Shown: in pieces, positions 39,079-52,500 of the stretch
Numbering within the stretch: the stretch's first letter is position 1
Layout: every line of letters begins with the position of its first letter
Assembly (NCBI GenBank): GCA_002104945.1
Contig: MCFH01000023.1
Coordinates: forward strand, 1 to 64,000
Direction of reading: 5' to 3'
DNA from: Piromyces finnis finn
Taxonomy: Eukaryota; Fungi; Neocallimastigomycota
DNA: 64,000 bases
The notes under the pieces: model-generated
Database searches by the model: none
Told to the model about the DNA's origin: nothing
The model's input: only the letters and a program-made list of their open reading frames with translations
Translations under genes and position numbers: made by a program

Positions 39079-42000
39079 CCCTCTTGGGAACGTGCCTTCA
39101 TTTATTTAATAAATGTAGTTTCTCAAGGGGGTCTACTCATGCTCATGGTACTGAGAGAGTAGAAAGAATTAAATCCAAGTATTGCGCAATGGATGCTTGG
39201 TTAGTCTTTAAGGGAAAATTATTAGGACTAAGCTCATGGTACTGAGCGATTAAAAAACATTTTATTCATCGAATTTAAGTATTTGATGAATAAGTTGAAT
39301 GTTTGATATTCAGGTAAGTTTGTATAGTATTTAATTAGAAGAGTAATACATTTTGTTGCTGTATTTTTTCTTTTATTCATGTATTCTTGTAGTACTACTC
39401 TTCTCTTGTAAGAATCCAATGTAGTCAACTTTAGCATTTGCATTGTATTTTTATATTCATGTAGCTATTGTTGTATTGTTCTTGTAAGAGACTGTTTCAC
39501 TCTACATCATGTAAAAATACTATTCACAAGCTTTCTGGTGTCAACATTCTTGATTCAAATTTTTTACCAATTTAAATATTTAATGAAAAGTAAAGTCAAA
39601 CAAGTTTAGTGTCAAAAAAGCGAATCGAATTTACTAACAACAACCCTAAACTAGAATTTTTAAAGAAAATTTACAACTAGAATTCAAAAAAGAAACTTTA
39701 AACAAAGCATCGTAACAATTTTTGTACTATCCAGTACTTTTAAGAAGAGAGAGAGAGACAGATTTTTTCCATATACGTTATATTTATAATTTTTATTAGT
39801 ATTTATTTTATATTCAATATTTTTTAATTAGAATTTATTATCATGTCAGTCCTTTATATTAAAGATAAGAATTATATCAGACGTGGTACCCGGTCTTATG
39901 GTATCCCCTTAGATGATATTCGCTCCTTTATCCGTGGTATTCGATCATGGTCAGTAAATATGCTATGGGAAAAACTCGAGGTTATTCTAGAAGATAAATT
40001 TAATTCAATTATTAGTGTTAAATATTTTCAGACTTTCAATGATCACTTTTTCTTAGTCAAGGTTCATGGTTCATCGAAAGATTGTATTAAAATCTTACAC
40101 ATGTTAAAGAAGAAACTTTCAGTTACCTCAATTTCCTTTTCAGCTCGTAGTAGAAGGAATCACAAATACACTTTTTCCACTCTCAAACGTAAAATTTTAG
40201 TTTCTAATAAACATCAACATTCTATTCAACAATCAGTTCAACAATCTCATCAACAATCTCATCAACAATCCGATCTTCAACAAGATCTTCAACAAGATCT
40301 TCAACAAGTTTCCCATCATGAAAATATTCCAGATCTATAGCAAACACAATTTCAATCTCAACATTCAACAATTAATTCTAATAGTTCTATCAACTCTGAT
40401 AACAGTTCAATAGTTGATAGTTCTTCAGCTTCACAGCCATCTAGTAATAGTTCTACTTATTCCTCTGATGCATCATCCATTAGTAACGATGACTTTAATA
40501 ATAATAATAATAGCAACGATTCTTCCTCATCCAACAAGCCTGATAACTTTTCTTTTTGTCTTAGTTGGAACACCAATGGGTGGAATCACGAAAAGAGAGA
40601 TAGTATTAGCTATTTCACAGCTATTTTCAAACCATTATTTTTATGTTTCCAAGAAACTGGTAATGGTTCTGGTTCGAATACAGATTATCCTTGTCGTGTT
40701 ACTTTGCGAAACTATAGACACTTTTTCAAGAAAGCTGATGAATCAGTTCCTGGAATGAGAGGTTTATATTTAGGTTTTCACAATTCGTGTCAAGCCTCAC
40801 TTGAAAACTTCTCTGGAAAGTATATTATTTCTATTTATACTTTTAGTCTTTGGAATAGATTCAAATGCTCGATTGGAAATGTTTATATGCCTCATAGTCA
40901 TCACAACATCTATGTTGATCATGCAAAGTTAGAAGTTCGCTTGTGGTTACAAACTCATTCATCCCATCCATCGATTCTTGTTGGTGATTTTAATATGTCT
41001 AAAGTAAAATTATCCAACTGGTTATCAACAAATGGATTAGGAGATTGGGAAATTCTTCCGCTTAGAGGGTCTACTATCTCTTGGACTCGAGGTGATCAAT
41101 CTTCCGACATTGACCATGCTCTTATCAATTCGAAGATGAAAGATCTTATTCACTCAGCATCATTTATAAATAATTTTTATCCAGTATCAGACCATAAGCC
41201 ACTTCTTATTAATGGTAAAATTATTCCTATGGAAGATTTTTCTAATGACCTTAATGTTCCTAAGAAAATTCTGAAATGGAATAGATTAAAATGTATTGAG
41301 GAAAAGGAATCTATTCTCAGTCATAATAAATTCCAAATACTTTCAGCAAAATTCAACGATCCTAATGTTTCTACAGATGAACTTTCCAAAGAGTTTACTT
41401 CAACTGCTTTTTCAATTGCAGACGAGCTCAGTATTACCTCAGCAAATAATGTTATGAAGTCTTCATTTCATATTTCACAACAAATTTTTAATCTTCAAAA
41501 AATCAAAATGAAGTTGTATAAGAGATTTAAAAAAGAAAGAATTTATGATATAGATGAATTTATTAAGAGAATTAAAATCTACCGTAAACTCATTGATTAC
41601 ATCCACAAAAGATGTAATGAATTTAGGAAGCAAGAATATCTTCATTGGATTAAAACAGGATGTGAGTATATGAAGAGTCATAATCCTAAGAAGGCCTGGA
41701 AATGGATCAAGAAAACTGCAAAAATTGGAAAAGATTCTTTCTTTATTGCTCAACCAATTAAAAATAAAAATGGAGAATTAGTTGTTGCTACGGAAGAACA
41801 ACTAGAAGTGTGGCATGATCATTTCGAAAAGCTTGCATCAGATCCAAGTGGTGTAAGTCTTGATTTGGAGCATTGGTATGAAGAACCAACGAATAAACGT
41901 TTTTCACTCCCTATGCTTGATGAATGGGATATCAACCAAGATATTAGTATTGATGAAGTCAAGTCAGCTAAATGTGCGTTAGCTCAGATTAGATGTTTTA

Positions 42001-43298
42001 ACAAATGGAAAAACTCAAATTGTATTATCTCACACCTTGTCAATTACATTCCTAAATTTAGAAAATACACGTGGTGCAAATCAAGTAGGACACTTGATAA
42101 AAAACTAAAGAAACATGGAGATGTTAGAGCAGTTAAAAACTTTTATTGGAAAGATCTCAAAGGGAATTCAATCAAAGCGCAATATTATGATGATAATAAA
42201 TTTATTGAAACTAAAGATTTTATCAAATTATGTTATGAATACCCAGAGTTTGCCTATGGCTTCTACTGGCTATTGAAAGCAAGAAGCGGATACAAGTTGG
42301 ATGCTAGAGTTGCCAAAGCTGCTAAATTTGTTGATCCAGTTTGTCCTAACTACTGTCCATGTTGCAAGTGTGGAGATCAAAGTATTAAACATTGGTTATT
42401 AGATTGTCCAACATTTAGAGATATCCGTATTAAACATTATGATTCCATAGTCCAGCTACTATATTTTTTCAGTCAACGTAATTCCAACAGTCCCATCAAT
42501 AATAATGAAAATGTTAATATCAGTAGAGATAGCAATAACAATAATAGTAATAGTAACAATAGTACTAATAATATTAACAATAGTAATAGTAACAATAGTA
42601 ATAATAACAATAATAATAATAACAATAATAGTAGTAGAAATAATAATATTAGTAATGATAGCAATAGTGAAGATAATAATTCTAATTTAGATAGTAATTT
42701 AGTTAATGATAGTAATAGTTCTAATAATCCGGTGAATACTAATGTGTATGATTATTCTAGTGTGTGCAGTAAAATATTTAAATTCCTTCTTGGGGGAAGA
42801 AGTTTTAACAATATTAATTACAATTCAAGGGAATGGAAAGAACTTTGTAAGCGTCAGATTCAATCTGGTACTAACGAAGGAACACCATTCTTGACGGTAA
42901 CCGCGGAACTTCTAACCAAAATCATGCCTTTTGCTATTGGCCAGCAATGGTCAATGTTCAAAAGGTTTGAAGCAACATCCAAGAGCGTCAATGCTGAAGA
43001 AACAGTAAGACAGGCCAGGAGGGCCAGCGCAACCAATGGAGATCATAATTTTGTCCCATGATAAAATTTTGATCTTTGGCTCGGTGTCCCATTGGAAGTC
43101 AAATACAATTATTATACCTTAGTATAATAGTGGCTTTCTTACTTTAATTAAAATTACTAGAATACATTATACCCAATTTTTTTTCATTTGTGTTTATTTA
43201 AACATATTTTTTTTATTTTTATTTTTATTTTTAATTTTTTTATTACATGTATTATAATTTTAATTAAATTAATAATAAAGTTTAAAATATTTGATGCC

Positions 43299-43328
<30 letters not shown>
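39079..43328 (+). mobile_element. LINE copy 2: both ends present, RT domain deleted in frame
   Basis: Same 5' end as copy 3, APE motifs, junction EVKS/AKCALAQ, poly(A), probable TSD AAATTTTTTTTT (39061/43326); stop at 40338-40340. Confidence 0.92.
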
Positions 43329-43332
<4 letters not shown>

Positions 43333-44063
43333 TTTTTCTATATATATATTTTTTTTTATATTATATTTTATATTATTTTTATTTTAATTATATAAGAACT
43401 ATTTTTTTTAAACTAACCATTTTATAATTTTATAATTTTATAATTTTATATATGAATTTTTGTTGTTTCATCACATTGTAACCTAATGTTTTAACTGTTG
43501 TATGAGCAATATGGAATTTTGATTTTAATATTACAATAAGGATTTAAAGTTTTTAAAGTTTCATATCAAAAATGAAAACAAATTTTGCTTTTTGATAGGA
43601 TGTAAGTAGTGAAGTAGTGGTTAAAAAAGAATAATAATAAATTTTAAAAAAGAATAATTCAATATTTTTTTTTTTTTTATTTTTTTTAGTATTTACTATT
43701 TTTTTTAATTATTATTACTTTTTTATTGAATAAAATAGATTATGGTATTTCATAGTTGTAGAAAAATAAGATTATTTTTTTTTTTTTATGTTTATGGTAC
43801 TTTCTTTTTTAATTCTAATGATTTTCTATTGTATATACAGTAACACAATAAATGTATATATCTCAGTAAATAAACTTTATTTAATAATAATTTTTTTATT
43901 ATCCATGATTTATAAAAGTTTTACATTTTATAGGAAAGAAAAGATAATAGTTAGGATGAAATATTAAAAATCTCATAAAAAAAAAAAAAGGGGGGTTTTA
44001 TAAATAGAAACATTTGCCTTTATTTTTTTTTAAAAATAAAATAATAATTATAAATAAATCCTA

Positions 44064-45290
44064 ATGAAGTATATAGTATTTACTATTGCTTTATTCCAAT
44101 CCATTACTTCCTATTGTAAAAATTGTAATCCACCTCATTATCAATGTGGAGGGTAAAAATAATAATGGTTTACATAAATAAGTCTAAATGACTATAATTA
44201 ATTATAATGATTAATTTATATATATTTTATCATATGTATGTGTGTGTATGTATATATTTTATACATATATATTTCTATAATAATATCCAAAAAAAAAAAA
44301 AGTGAAAATTGGAAAGGTTTAACTTGTTGTGATATAGGATATGAATGCCAAAAAATTGATCATTGGTATTCTGAATGTATGAAAGTGTCAAACGATATTA
44401 TTAGGGATAATGAAGAATCCGATGATGACAATGACGCTATTGAAATAAATACAAATGAAGTATCAATAGAAAATAAAGATTCTGATGATGAATCAATAAA
44501 TCCATCTGTATTATGGGTTATTGGGGATTCTACTCTTTGTGAATTTGAAGAAATCTATAATAATTATTATTATAAAAAATATGGCTATGGAACACAACTT
44601 TACCATTATTTTGATAAAAATATCATCGTTAAAAATTTAGCTATTTCAGGAACTAGTTCAAAAAGTTTTATCCTCGAACAATCATATCACGAATTAATAA
44701 AAAATATGAAGGCAGGGGATTATTTAACATTTGGATTTGGTCATAATGATGAAAAAAGAGAAGAAGAACGCTATACCAACCCAAATGGAGATTATAAAAC
44801 AATGGGTTCCTTTGCTAATTCTATATACGAAAATTATATTAAAATAGCTATGGAAAGAAATGTCTCTATCATTCTTACAACCCCAATTGTTCGTAGAACA
44901 GATAAAAGTACATGGAGTTCCGATAAATTACATATAACAAAAACAAAAGATGGTTATGAAGGAGGGGATTATCCTCAAGCTATTAGAGACTTGGGTAAAA
45001 CTCTAAATATTCCTGTGATCGATATGACTGTAAAAACAAAAGAATTATACGATACTTTTGGTTATAATAATACTCTCTATCTACATGCTTGGAAAATAAA
45101 TGATTCATCCTCTGTAGATAATACCCATCTTAATCTTTGGGGTAGTAAATATGTTGCTTATCTTTTTACTAGAGACATCAAGCAAGCCTCCATAGATGGA
45201 TTATCAGAATATGTAATCGACGCCCCAATACCAACAAAAGAAGAAAATTTTATTAAAAATCCAACTTATAATGTTACCTTAATAAATTAA
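44064..45290 (+). CDS. CBM1 + SGNH esterase (rhamnogalacturonan acetylesterase-like, CE12), 2 exons (44064-44152, 44303-45290), 358 aa
   Basis: Signal peptide; spliced QCGGENWKGLTCCDIGYECQKIDHWYSEC; GDS, AISGTSSKSF, GHND, DNTH catalytic blocks. Confidence 0.88.
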
Positions 45291-46834
45291 TTACAACAAA
45301 AATAAGCATATTCTATTATAATATGGTATTCTTAATTAAAAAAAACAATAATAAAATAAATTATTCTTTTTAATACAATTTATATAATTTAATAAATAAA
45401 TAAGTAAATAAGTAACTAAACAAGTTTTTATAAACAAGTTCTTATTTTTCTTTTTTTAAATAAGTTATCAGTAATGCTAAAAAAAAAAGTATATAAATAT
45501 AAAAATATAAATGTTGTATTTAACCATAAAAAATATGTAATTTATTTTGAATCAGATAATTCACAAGCATAAAGATGTTAATATAATTTCTAATTAATAT
45601 ATATCATAATTTTAATACTAAATAAATCTAAATAGTATTATGTATAAATTAATATGAGTAATGACTTTTTTAATACTTTTAGATATTATTGAAAAAAATT
45701 TTATTTCTAAATATTATTATTATTTATTTATTAGTAAAAATTTGATCACCTCTCATATCTAGAATTTTTCTATCAGTATAACAAAGAACTGATTTTTATT
45801 AACCAAAGAATGGATACTGAGAAAAAAAAGAAAAAGGAAGATAATGAATTTAAATAAGAGCTATTACCAATTTCTTGAAGACATATAAGTATAGGTTTAA
45901 ATATGTGTTTAAAATATTGAAGCCTTTACATTTATTAATATTCCTGTTATTGATGTTTTTGTTGAACTAAAGACTGAAAATTCAATATTAAAAGAATGGT
46001 TAGCATAAAAATGTTATCAGGGATAGGAATAACTGATAAAGATAAATAAGCTTTGTTGGTATTAGTATTAAATATTTATTAAATAAAATAATATTATATT
46101 ATATATTATTTTTAAAAATCTTTTGTAAGCAATCTTAATACGCTTTATATATATATTTTTTTTTTTTGCATTTGATAACAGTTTGAAGATTTTTAAATTT
46201 GAGAAATACTTTCATCTTTTATACTTTTTTTCATATATATAAATATTCTCATTATTATTTTTTATTACATATAAAATATTTATTTTATTACTTTTTTAAT
46301 TTTATAAATAATAAAAGTATTAAATCAATTATTAGATGATGAGTGAGTATAGAAGTAAAATTCAACCAGAAGACAAAATTGATTATTAATTTAAAATGAA
46401 TTATTGATTTTGGCCAAAAAATTCCATTTTTTGGGAGAATTTCCTGGCTAAAAATCTGGTAGAGGTCGAATTTCTTCTGGCTAATAAATCTAGCTAAAAT
46501 CGCCAAAAATCTAGACAAATAATGAATGGGTTAATAAAATATTGGTAAAATTTCATATTTTTTCTTTATTTTCCATTTTTAATCCCATTCCATTAATTTT
46601 CTTATCCCAACGCTTTTTTTATTGTATTCTAACTTTCCATATTCCAACTATTCAATGAAAAAATGTTAACTATTTGTTTATACATACCCAATATTCCATT
46701 GTTATACTGAAATTTTAATGATATGAAATTCAATTTATGTATTTATACGCTTTATTCAGTTATCATCCAATTAAATAATTAAAACAATGATAAGTATAAA
46801 TAAATATATAATAAATTCATTATATAATGAATTT

Positions 46835-47195
46835 ATAAATCAAACAAGAAAACTATTTTATTTTATTATCCTATTCTCATTCTTTATATTTTCCCTTTTC
46901 CTGTTTTGGTACTTCTTGTTGTTTTTGTTGTTGTGCCTCTTGTTGCTTTTGTTCCTGTTGCTTTTGTTGTTTTTGTTTTCTTTTTTGCTTCTTGTTGTGC
47001 CTCTGTTGTTGTTCCTGTTCCTATTGTTGCTGTCGTTTTTCTTTTTCTTCTTTTTCTATTATTGTTACCATCATTAATAGGTTTTGATGAGCTTTGTATT
47101 TCTCCTTTATTTATTTTCATTTTGATTTCACAAGTTCTTTTATAAAAGGCAATACTATATTTAACAATACTATTATATCCTTTAGTTCTATATTT
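46835..47195 (-). pseudogene. Duplicated 3' end (basic tail plus 3' flank) of the AAA-nuclease gene
   Basis: High similarity to ~12440-12855 including ATAAATCAAACAAGAA and TRSTKTGKGKI*. Confidence 0.85.
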
Positions 47196-49543
47196 CTATA
47201 TTAGCAACAATTTCTATATTTCTGCGTATTTCAACAAATTCTGAAGGTTGATCAAATGAAGAAGTTATTATTTTAATGTCTTTTCTTCTACATTTTTTAA
47301 AAGAATATTCACTTATTTTTTTAATTGTTTTTTACGACAACAACTATATATCAATTAACTATGTAAAAATAACTATATATAACATTTCAATTTTAATATA
47401 AATTATAATTTTTTATTATAAATTTTTATTTATAAATTAATATCTATTTAATTTAAATAATGTGATATTTTTTTACTTGCATTTTTTTTAATATTACTGA
47501 AAAAAAATTAATATTAAATATAAAAAAAATACTTTTTAATTTTTTTTATTAATACTTCGAATAAATATAAAGTAATAATTAAATACTATTTAATTTATTA
47601 TTATTTTATTTATAATAAACCTATGTAATGATTATTGTATTATAGTAATACTTTATCCTCAGAATGATTATATAAAAGAGAATTATATAAAGAAAAATTA
47701 AAGTTGTCTGAATTTCAAAAATTGAAAGAAACAACAAATTTCACAATACCATAGTTATAAAATAGAAGTAAGAATTACGAAAAGATTTTTTTACAAAAAT
47801 TTAAAGTTTGAAAATAAATGATAGAAGCTAGAAAGTAATATTATTATTCTTAGGATTTATTATATTGTGTATAAATCAAAATAGTCAATTATCATTTTAT
47901 AAAAAGATTCATTATCTGGATTATACATATATATATATATTTTAACTGAAACTATATTATAAAGAATTAGAAAAAAAAAAAAGTTTTTCATTTCATTAAA
48001 TTAATAAAATGTCAAAAATTATAATTATTTTTTATTAAAATATATTTTTTTTCATAAAATTTCTTTTTTTAATAATTACAATATTTATTCTTTATACTTT
48101 TTTATATTTAATTTATATAAAATATATATTAAATTATTAATTTATAACATAAAAAGTCTAAATAATATAACAAAAGTTAAAGTATATTTTTATTTTCTAT
48201 AATATTTAAATATTTTTTTTTTGACTTTAAATATTTAAAATGAGACTAACATCAACTGCAGAAATAAATCCGCTATATTATTCATTTCTTTTTTAAAATA
48301 AATTAAATTTATAAAAATAAAATTAATAAAGTAAAGTGGAGATAAATTCACTTTATGTTTTATTAAGAAATTTTAATAAATCATAAATTTTAAATATATT
48401 TTACAATTATATCAAAAAATTTAGTATTATTAGATACTATTTTTTTATATTTTACATTTAAATTATCATTTTTCTTAAACGCTATTTTCATTATTTTTTA
48501 AATATTTTCTTAACAATTTATAAAGCATGATCTATTAACTATTATGATGAATAAATTTAAAGAAAAATATAATAAAATATTTCTACTTTTATTAATATAT
48601 GTGAAGGGATATAAATTATTTTTATATTTCTTTAAATAAGAATTGCAATTTTATGGTTATTGGATAGGTAAAACCATTACAAAGATGTAAATTTAATCAA
48701 TATGTTATCACTCAAATATTTAAATATGGTAATATTTTATAAATGATACAGTCATACGTATCTCTTTTAGAAAATGTAATTTTATTTTCAATACTATTAA
48801 CATTTAATAATTATACAATTATTCGAATTCTTAATATCTTTATTTTTATCTTATTTCATTAACCCATAATTAAAATTATATGTTTCAGAATGATAATTAT
48901 TAAAGTAATGATAATATTTTAAATATTAGGTTATATGATTTCTGTATTGAAAAATATATAATAATAAATATTGTTTTTATTATTTTTTTACTATAAATTT
49001 TTATTTAATTAATGCTATTTTTTTTTTTTTATTAAAGATAAGTTTCTTATAATAAATCATGTAATAAATTTACAAGACTTTATATGGTAGGTTCAAGTTA
49101 TTTAGATATAATAAATAATATTATATAATATATGTTATAAAAATATTAAAATGTTCGTGGTATCAAATTAATATATATACATATATATATCTATATATTT
49201 TTTTTTAATATTTAAAAATAAAATATAAAATGTACAAAAAAATTCTTTAGGAAAATGGTAATCCCTAACCCTAAGATGCTCCTAGAAGTCAACTCTCCTT
49301 TTTTCTATTAGTATTTTTTTTAGTTAATATATAAAAATAATTGATTAAAAAAAAAAAGGTAAACTAGTATCAAGATAAATCTTTTATACTGGATGCCACG
49401 AACAATTTGATATTTTTATAATAGTTTTAATTAAATACATGATAGGCTAATTAAAAGATATTAACCAATATTAAATAATATGATTTAATATCTTTTTTTT
49501 TTATTAATTCATTTAATTTTAAAAGATTACCTTAAAGATAAAA

Positions 49544-49545
<2 letters not shown>

Positions 49546-49580
<35 letters not shown>

Positions 49581-52500
49581 GGCATCAAATATTTTAAACT
49601 TTATTATTAATTTAATTAAAATTATAATACATGTAATAAAAAAATTAAAAATAAAAATAAAAATAAAAAAAAATATGTTTAATTAAACACAAATTAATAA
49701 AAATTGGGTATAATGTATTCTAGTAATTTTAATTAAAGTAAGAAAGCCACTATCATACTAAAGTATAATAATTGTATTTGACTTCCAATGGGACACCGAG
49801 CCAAAGATCAAATTTTATCATGGAACAAAATTATGATCTCCATTGGTTGCGCTGGCCCTCCTGGCCTGTCTTACTGTTTCTTCAGCATTGACGCTCTTGG
49901 ATGTTGCTTCAAACCTTTTGAACATTGACCATTGCTGGCCAATAGCAAAAGGCATGATTTTGGTTAGAAGTTCCGCGGTTACCGTCAAGAATGGTGTTCC
50001 TTCATTAGTACCAGATTGAATCTGACGCTTACAAACTTCTTTCCATTCCCTTGAATTGTAATTAATATTGTTAAAACTTCTTCCCCCAAGAAGGAATTTA
50101 AATATTTTACTGCACACACTAGAATAATCATACACATTAATATTCACCGGATTATTAGAACTATTACTATCATTAACTAAATTACTATCTAAATTAGAAT
50201 TATTATCTTCACTATTGCTATCATTACTAGTATTATTATTTCTATAACTACTATTGTTATTATTACTATTGTTACTATTACTATTGTTAATATTATTAGT
50301 ACTATTGTTACTATTACTATTATTGTTATTGCTATCTCTACTGATATTAACATTTTCATTATTATTGATGGGACTGTTGGAATTACGTTGACTGAAAAAA
50401 TTTAATAGCTGGACTATAGAATCATAATGTTTAATACGGATATCTCTAAATGTTGGACAATCTAATAACCAATGTTTAATACTTTGATCTCCACACTTGC
50501 AACATGGACAGTAGTTAGGACAAACTGGATCAACAAATTTAGCAGCTTTGGCAACTCTAGCATCCAACTTGTATCCGCTTCTTGCTTTCAATAGCCAGTA
50601 GAAGCCATAGGCAAACTCTGGGTATCATAACATAATTTAATAAATCTTTAGTTTCAATAAATTTATTATCATCATAATATTGCGCTTTGATTGAATTCCC
50701 TTTGAGATCTTTCCAATAAAAGTTTTTAACTGCTCTAACATCTCCATGTTTCTTTAGTTTTTTATCAAGTGTCCTACTTGATTTGCACCACGTGTATTTT
50801 CTAAATTTAGGAATGTAATTGACAAGGTGTGAGATAATACAATTTGAGTTTTTCCATTTGTTAAAACATCTAACTGAGCTAACGCACATTTGGCTGACAA
50901 TGGAGGAATATTCAAATCTTTTGAAATAGAGTATAAAGATATAAACGATACAGCTTTATGAACTCCGGCAACCCATCGTATTCCTTTGTTAACATGCTTC
51001 TGAGCAATCCTAGACCTAGCTTTGTTGGATCCAAGTAATGGTGCAAAGTATGAAACTCTGCTAATCACTTGTGAGTTAAGTACTAGCTTTTTGAAGGGAA
51101 TAGGAATATTAGGATTTCTTAAGAATTTACTGACTGAAAAAAGTCCTTTCAAAACCTTGTTATTAAGAGCTTTAATAACTGGTTTAAGGGACAGATTCTT
51201 ATCAAATGGAACACCAAGATAAGTATAACAATCAGTAGTTGGAATGGGTTGTCCTGCTAAGTAAAATGTTGGATCTCTCTTGTTCTGATTTTCTATTGAT
51301 TCAGGACGAATCACCATCGTTGAACATTTCCGGATACCAAATTCCATTTCATTATACAAGGCCCATTCATTAACTCTTCTAAGCATCTTTTTTAAGCATC
51401 CTCTTGTTGGAGCACAAATAACTATATCATCTGCAAAAAGTCCACCACAGCATCGAGTGTCACCTAAACTGACTCCAAGATCTTCGCACTCTCTAAATAT
51501 ATCATTAATAAAGAGATTAAAGAGAATAGGAGAAAGAGGGCAACCTTGACGGACTCCTTTCTTCACATCAAAAGACTTCGAGAATTGTCCATCTAATTTG
51601 ACATTAGCCTTAGATGTTAAATATAAATTTTTGATGAATTGTAAACTCTTACCTCGGATTCCTAAACAATCTAATTTATGGAGAATATTACCGATTGGGA
51701 CTGAATCGTATGCTTTCCTGAGATCTAAAAAGGCCAAATATGTCTCTTTATTATCTAATTGACGTCTACGGCATATTTCTTGGATTGAAATGAAAAGACT
51801 GATACTTTCTTCCTTTTCTCGAAAACCAAATTGTTCAGGTCTAATGAAATTATTCTTTAGACCATATTCTGAAATTCTAGTGGTGACAATTTTGGAAATC
51901 AACTTAATACCATTATTGATAAGTGATATACCTCGATAGTTATCACAATCTGTCAAATCTCCCTTCTTAGGAATAGAAACAATACTGGATTCATTCCATG
52001 AGTTGGGGAAGTCTTCATCCCAAATACGGTTGAATAATTTAAGAATAAAATTTAAACCATGAGCATCATTATCTGAAGTGGTATTACCAGAAGAAATATT
52101 ATCTGTAACATTATTAGAATCATTACTTGATGGAATTAATGCTTTGTAAAATTCAATTGGAATACCATCCGGACCTGATGCTTTATAATTTGGAGTAGAG
52201 AGGATAGCTGACTTGACTTCATCAATACTAATATCTTGGTTGATATCCCACTCATCAAGCATAGGAAGTGAAAAACGTTTAATCATTGGTTCTTCATACC
52301 AATGCTCCAAATCAAGACTTACACCACTTGGATCTGATGCAAGCTTTTCGAAATGATCATGCCACACTTCTAGTTGTTCTTCTGTAGCAACAACTAATTC
52401 TCCATTTTTATTTTTAATTGGTTGAGCAATAAAGAAAGAATCTTTTCCAATTTTTGCAGTTTTCTTGATCCATTTCCAGGCCTTCTTAGGATTATGACTC

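Noticed and set aside
39234-39443. Antisense 67-69 aa ORF in the LINE leader (also 54741-54944), reminiscent of L1 ORF0
   Set aside because: Conservation is explained by near-identity of the two copies; no motif or independent evidence
46380-46760. GC-richer patch with short GGCTAAAAATCT-like repeats and decayed coding-like sequence, possibly a DNA transposon end
   Set aside because: No matching second terminus, TSD or convincing transposase motif in the window
49265-49277. CCCTAACCCTAA telomere-like repeat
   Set aside because: Only two units; compatible with chance
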